Shown: piece after piece, positions 60,558-64,000 of the stretch | Layout: each line of letters starts with the position of its first letter | Position numbering within the stretch: the first letter of the stretch is position 1 | Origin: an uncultured delta proteobacterium | GTDB lineage: Bacteria > Desulfobacterota > Binatia > HRBIN30 > BPIQ01 | Direction: 5' to 3' | Assembly: GCA_963761335.1 (NCBI GenBank) | Contig: CAVXGR010000015.1 | Location: forward strand, 352,001 to 416,000 | DNA length: 64,000 nt | Program-made: the position numbers and the translations under genes | Notes under the pieces: generated by a model | What the model was told of the DNA's origin: nothing | What the model saw: the letters and a program-made list of their open reading frames with translations, nothing else | Databases searched by the model: none

Positions 60558-63500
60558 ACCCGTCGCGGCTGTTCATCCTGCGGCCGGTGGCGACCTCGCT
60601 GCTGATGGCCGCCATCGTCATCGCCGGGGCCATCGCCTATCAGCTGTTGCCGGTCTCGGCCCTGCCGCAGGTCGACTACCCGACCATCCAGGTGCTGACC
60701 TTCTACCCCGGCGCCAGTCCCGACGTCATGGCGTCGTCGGTCACGGCTCCGCTCGAGCGGCAGTTTGGACAGATGCCGGGGCTCAATCAGATGACCTCGA
60801 CGAGCTCCTCCGGGAGCTCGTCGATCACCCTCCAGTTCGTCCTCGACCTCGACATCGACGTCGCCGAGCAGGAGGTGCAGGCGGCCATCAACGCCGCCGG
60901 CACCTTCCTGCCCCGCGAGCTGCCCAACCCGCCGGTCTACAGCAAGACGAACCCGGCGGACGCGCCGGTGCTCACCCTGGCGCTGACCTCGCAGACCCTG
61001 CCGCTCTCCAGGGTGCAGGATCTCGCCGATACGCGCCTGGCGCAGAAGATCTCGCAGCTTCCCGGCGTCGGGCTGGTGAGCATCAGCGGCGGGCAGAAGC
61101 CGGCGGTGCGCATCCAGGCCAACCCCAGCGCCCTCGCCGCCTACGGCCTGAGCCTCGAGGAGGTGCGCGCCGCCATTGGCCAGGCCAACGTCAATCAGGC
61201 GAAGGGCAACTTCGAGGGCGCGCACCAGGCCTACACCATCGGCGCCAACGACCAGCTGCTGTCAGCGGAGGACTACCGCGACACTGTGATCGCCTATCGG
61301 AACGGCGCCCCGGTGCGCCTCTCCGAGGTCGCCGACGTGCGGGACGGCGCCGAGAACGTCAAGCAGGCGGCGTGGATGAACCGGGTGCCGGCGGTGATCG
61401 TCAACATCCAGCGCCAGCCCGGCGCCAACATCATCGGCGTCGTCGACCGCATCGAGAATCTGCTGCCCCAGCTCACCGCCTCGCTGCCGCCGGGAGTGCA
61501 GGTCTCGATACTCACCGATCGCACCGTCACCATCCGCGCCTCGGTGCAGGACGTGCAGTTCGAGCTGGTGCTGACCGTGGCCTTGGTGGTGATGGTCCTG
61601 TTCCTCTTCCTGCGCAGCCTCTCGGCGACCATCATCCCCGGCGTCGCCGTGCCGCTGTCGCTGGTCGGCACCTTCGGGGTCATGTACCTGCTCGGCTACA
61701 GCCTCGACAATCTCTCCCTCATGGCGCTGACCATCTCGACCGGCTTCGTCGTCGACGACGCCATCGTCATGATCGAGAACATCTCCCGCTACATCGAGCA
61801 GGGCGAATCGCCGCTGCAGGCGGCGCTCAAGGGCTCCGAGCAGATCGGCTTCACCATCGTCTCGCTCACCGTGTCGCTGATCGCGGTGCTCATCCCCCTG
61901 CTCTTCATGGGCGACGTCGTCGGCCGCCTGTTCCGCGAGTTCGCCATCACCCTGGCGGTGACCATCCTGGTCTCCGCGCTGGTCTCGCTGACGCTGACGC
62001 CGATGATGTGCGCCAAGCTGCTGCGCCACCGGCCGCGGGCGGGGCAGGGGCGCCTGGCCCTGGGTGCGGAGCGCGCCTTCGACCGGGTGATCCAGGGCTA
62101 CGGCAGGACCCTGCGCTGGGTGCTCGACCATCAGACCGCTACCCTGTGGGTCGCGGTGGCGGCGCTGGTCGCCACCGTCGCCCTCTACGTCGTCGTGCCG
62201 AAGGGCTTCTTCCCGGTACAGGACACCGGCGTCATTCTCGGCATCTCCGAGGCGCCGCCGACGGTGTCGTTCGCGGCGATGTCCGAGCGCCAGCAACAGC
62301 TCGCCGAGGTGATCCTGCGGGATCCGGCGGTGCGCAGCCTCTCGTCGTTCATCGGCATCGACGGCATCAATACCACGCTCAACAGCGGCCGCATCCAGAT
62401 CGACCTGGTGCCTCTCGCGGAGAGGCGAGCGAGCGCCGTCGAGATCATCCGGCGCCTGCAGCCGCAGCTGGCCGCCGTGCCCGGCATCACTCTGTTCATG
62501 CAGCCGGTTCAGGACCTCACCGTGGACGACCGCGTCAGTCGCACCCAGTACCAGTACAGCCTCGAGAGCCCCAACGAGGCGGAGCTGCGGCTGTGGTCCG
62601 GGCGCCTGCTCGACAGGCTCGAGACCGTCCCGCAGCTGCGCGACGTCGCCAGCGACGACCAGGACGGCGGTCTGCAGGCGGAGCTGGTGATCGACAGGGA
62701 CACGGCGGCGCGCCTCGGGGTGACGCCGCAGATGATCGACGACACCCTCTATGACGCCTTCGGGCAGCGCCAGGTGTCGACCATCTTCACGCAGCTGACC
62801 CAGTACCACGTCGTCCTCGAGGTGGCCCCGAGCTTTCAGCGGAATCCCGACTCGCTGCGGAGCATCTACGTGCGCTCGAGCGGTGGCGCCCAGGTGCCGC
62901 TCAGCGCCATGGCGCATTTCGCGGAGTCGACCACGCCGTTGGCCGTGAATCACCAGGGGCAGTTCCCGGCGGTGACCTTCTCGTTCAACCTGGCACCCGG
63001 TGCGGCTCTCGGTGACGCGGTGACGGCGATCGCCGCCGCCGAGAGCGACATCGGCCTGCCGGCGAGCATCCACGCCAGCTTCCAGGGAACGGCGCAGGCC
63101 TTCCGGGCCGCTCTGGCCAACGAGCCGCTGCTGATCCTGGCGGCGCTGGTGACCGTCTACATCGTCCTCGGCGTGCTCTACGAGAGCTACGTGCATCCGC
63201 TCACCATCCTCTCGACGTTGCCCTCGGCGGGGGTGGGCGCCATCCTGGCGCTGCTGCTCTGCGGCAGCGACCTCGACGTGATCGCGCTGATCGGCATCAT
63301 CCTGCTGATCGGCATCGTCAAGAAGAACGCCATCATGATGATCGACTTCGCCCTCGAGGCGGAGCGGCGCGAAGGCAAGTCGCCCCACGAGGCGATCTAC
63401 GAGGCCTGCCTGCTGCGCTTTCGGCCGATCATGATGACCACCATGGCGGCGCTGCTGGCCGGGCTGCCTCTGGCTCTCGGCACCGGGGTCGGCGCCGAGC

Positions 63501-63712
63501 TGCGCCGCCCGCTCGGCATCACCATCGTCGGCGGGCTGCTGCTGAGCCAGCTCCTCACCCTCTACACCACGCCGGTGGTCTACCTCGCCTTCGATCGGCT
63601 TTCGGCGCGCCTGCGCCGCTGGCGCGGCGCCGATGAGGCGGCGGCTGCCGAAGCTCTCGGCGAAGGCCTCGGCGAAGGCCTCGGCAAAGGCCTCGCCATG
63701 GACGAGCCGTGA
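60554..63712 (+). CDS. mdtB: RND efflux permease
   Basis: [51 protein letters not shown]. Confidence 0.92.
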   Translation: MNPSRLFILRPVATSLLMAAIVIAGAIAYQLLPVSALPQVDYPTIQVLTFYPGASPDVMASSVTAPLERQFGQMPGLNQMTSTSSSGSSSITLQFVLDLDIDVAEQEVQAAINAAGTFLPRELPNPPVYSKTNPADAPVLTLALTSQTLPLSRVQDLADTRLAQKISQLPGVGLVSISGGQKPAVRIQANPSALAAYGLSLEEVRAAIGQANVNQAKGNFEGAHQAYTIGANDQLLSAEDYRDTVIAYRNGAPVRLSEVADVRDGAENVKQAAWMNRVPAVIVNIQRQPGANIIGVVDRIENLLPQLTASLPPGVQVSILTDRTVTIRASVQDVQFELVLTVALVVMVLFLFLRSLSATIIPGVAVPLSLVGTFGVMYLLGYSLDNLSLMALTISTGFVVDDAIVMIENISRYIEQGESPLQAALKGSEQIGFTIVSLTVSLIAVLIPLLFMGDVVGRLFREFAITLAVTILVSALVSLTLTPMMCAKLLRHRPRAGQGRLALGAERAFDRVIQGYGRTLRWVLDHQTATLWVAVAALVATVALYVVVPKGFFPVQDTGVILGISEAPPTVSFAAMSERQQQLAEVILRDPAVRSLSSFIGIDGINTTLNSGRIQIDLVPLAERRASAVEIIRRLQPQLAAVPGITLFMQPVQDLTVDDRVSRTQYQYSLESPNEAELRLWSGRLLDRLETVPQLRDVASDDQDGGLQAELVIDRDTAARLGVTPQMIDDTLYDAFGQRQVSTIFTQLTQYHVVLEVAPSFQRNPDSLRSIYVRSSGGAQVPLSAMAHFAESTTPLAVNHQGQFPAVTFSFNLAPGAALGDAVTAIAAAESDIGLPASIHASFQGTAQAFRAALANEPLLILAALVTVYIVLGVLYESYVHPLTILSTLPSAGVGAILALLLCGSDLDVIALIGIILLIGIVKKNAIMMIDFALEAERREGKSPHEAIYEACLLRFRPIMMTTMAALLAGLPLALGTGVGAELRRPLGITIVGGLLLSQLLTLYTTPVVYLAFDRLSARLRRWRGADEAAAAEALGEGLGEGLGKGLAMDEP

Positions 63713-64000
63713 GCTTCTCAGCGGCGTTCATTCGCCGGCCGGTCGCCACCTCGCTGCTGACCCTGGCGCTGGCGCTGGCGGGCGTGCTCGCCTTCCGCCT
63801 GCTGCCGGTGGCGCCGCTGCCGCAGGTGGAGTTTCCCACCATCCAGGTCGAGGCGGCGCTGCCCGGCGCCAGCCCCGAGACCATGGCCTCGGCGGTGGCC
63901 ATGCCTCTGGAGCGCCAGTTCGGCCGCATTGCCGGAGTCACCGAGATGACCTCGACCAGCTATCTCGGCTCGACCTCGGTGGTCCTCCAGTTCGACCTGA
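63709..64000 (+). CDS. mdtC: RND efflux permease, truncated by window edge
   Basis: [40 protein letters not shown] overlaps mdtB stop. Confidence 0.9.
   Translation, partial: MSFSAAFIRRPVATSLLTLALALAGVLAFRLLPVAPLPQVEFPTIQVEAALPGASPETMASAVAMPLERQFGRIAGVTEMTSTSYLGSTSVVLQFDL

Noticed and set aside
63655..63695. 12-bp tandem repeat (GEGL)n at the end of mdtB
   Set aside because: Short in-frame slippage in a variable tail with no sign of function

Overview
High-GC bacterial chromosome window. Gene content and style suggest a deltaproteobacterium-like lineage such as Candidatus Binatia (inference). The core backbone carries mtnA, pabB/pabC-like genes, ffh-rpsP-khpA-rimM-trmD-rplS, tRNA-Ser(GGA)-SRP RNA-dnaX-ybaB-recR and tetR-mdtABC. 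An ~11.3 kb degenerate island (11498-22865) is integrated in tRNA-Ser(CGA), bounded by a 54-bp att repeat and carrying a truncated tyrosine integrase. It holds nested mobile DNA: an IS21 remnant, an IS91-like transposase with a duplicated end, and an apparently intact 3,360-bp large-serine-recombinase element inserted at a CG dinucleotide inside that transposase. Best observation: excising the element at the CG restores the transposase frame. It also joins the RBS and ATG overlapping the recombinase stop codon, in frame, to the DUF5372-like ORF at the other end, i.e. a gene apparently completed only in the circular form. Also present: a sigma54 activator flanked by two -24/-12 promoters with matching upstream boxes, a glycan-modification cluster, secreted proteins sharing an APA(L/M)S-TM-RR C-terminal sorting signal plus an orphan copy of it, several MITE/REP families, and three single frameshifts that may be assembly errors. 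All calls are from reading the sequence; no searches were run.
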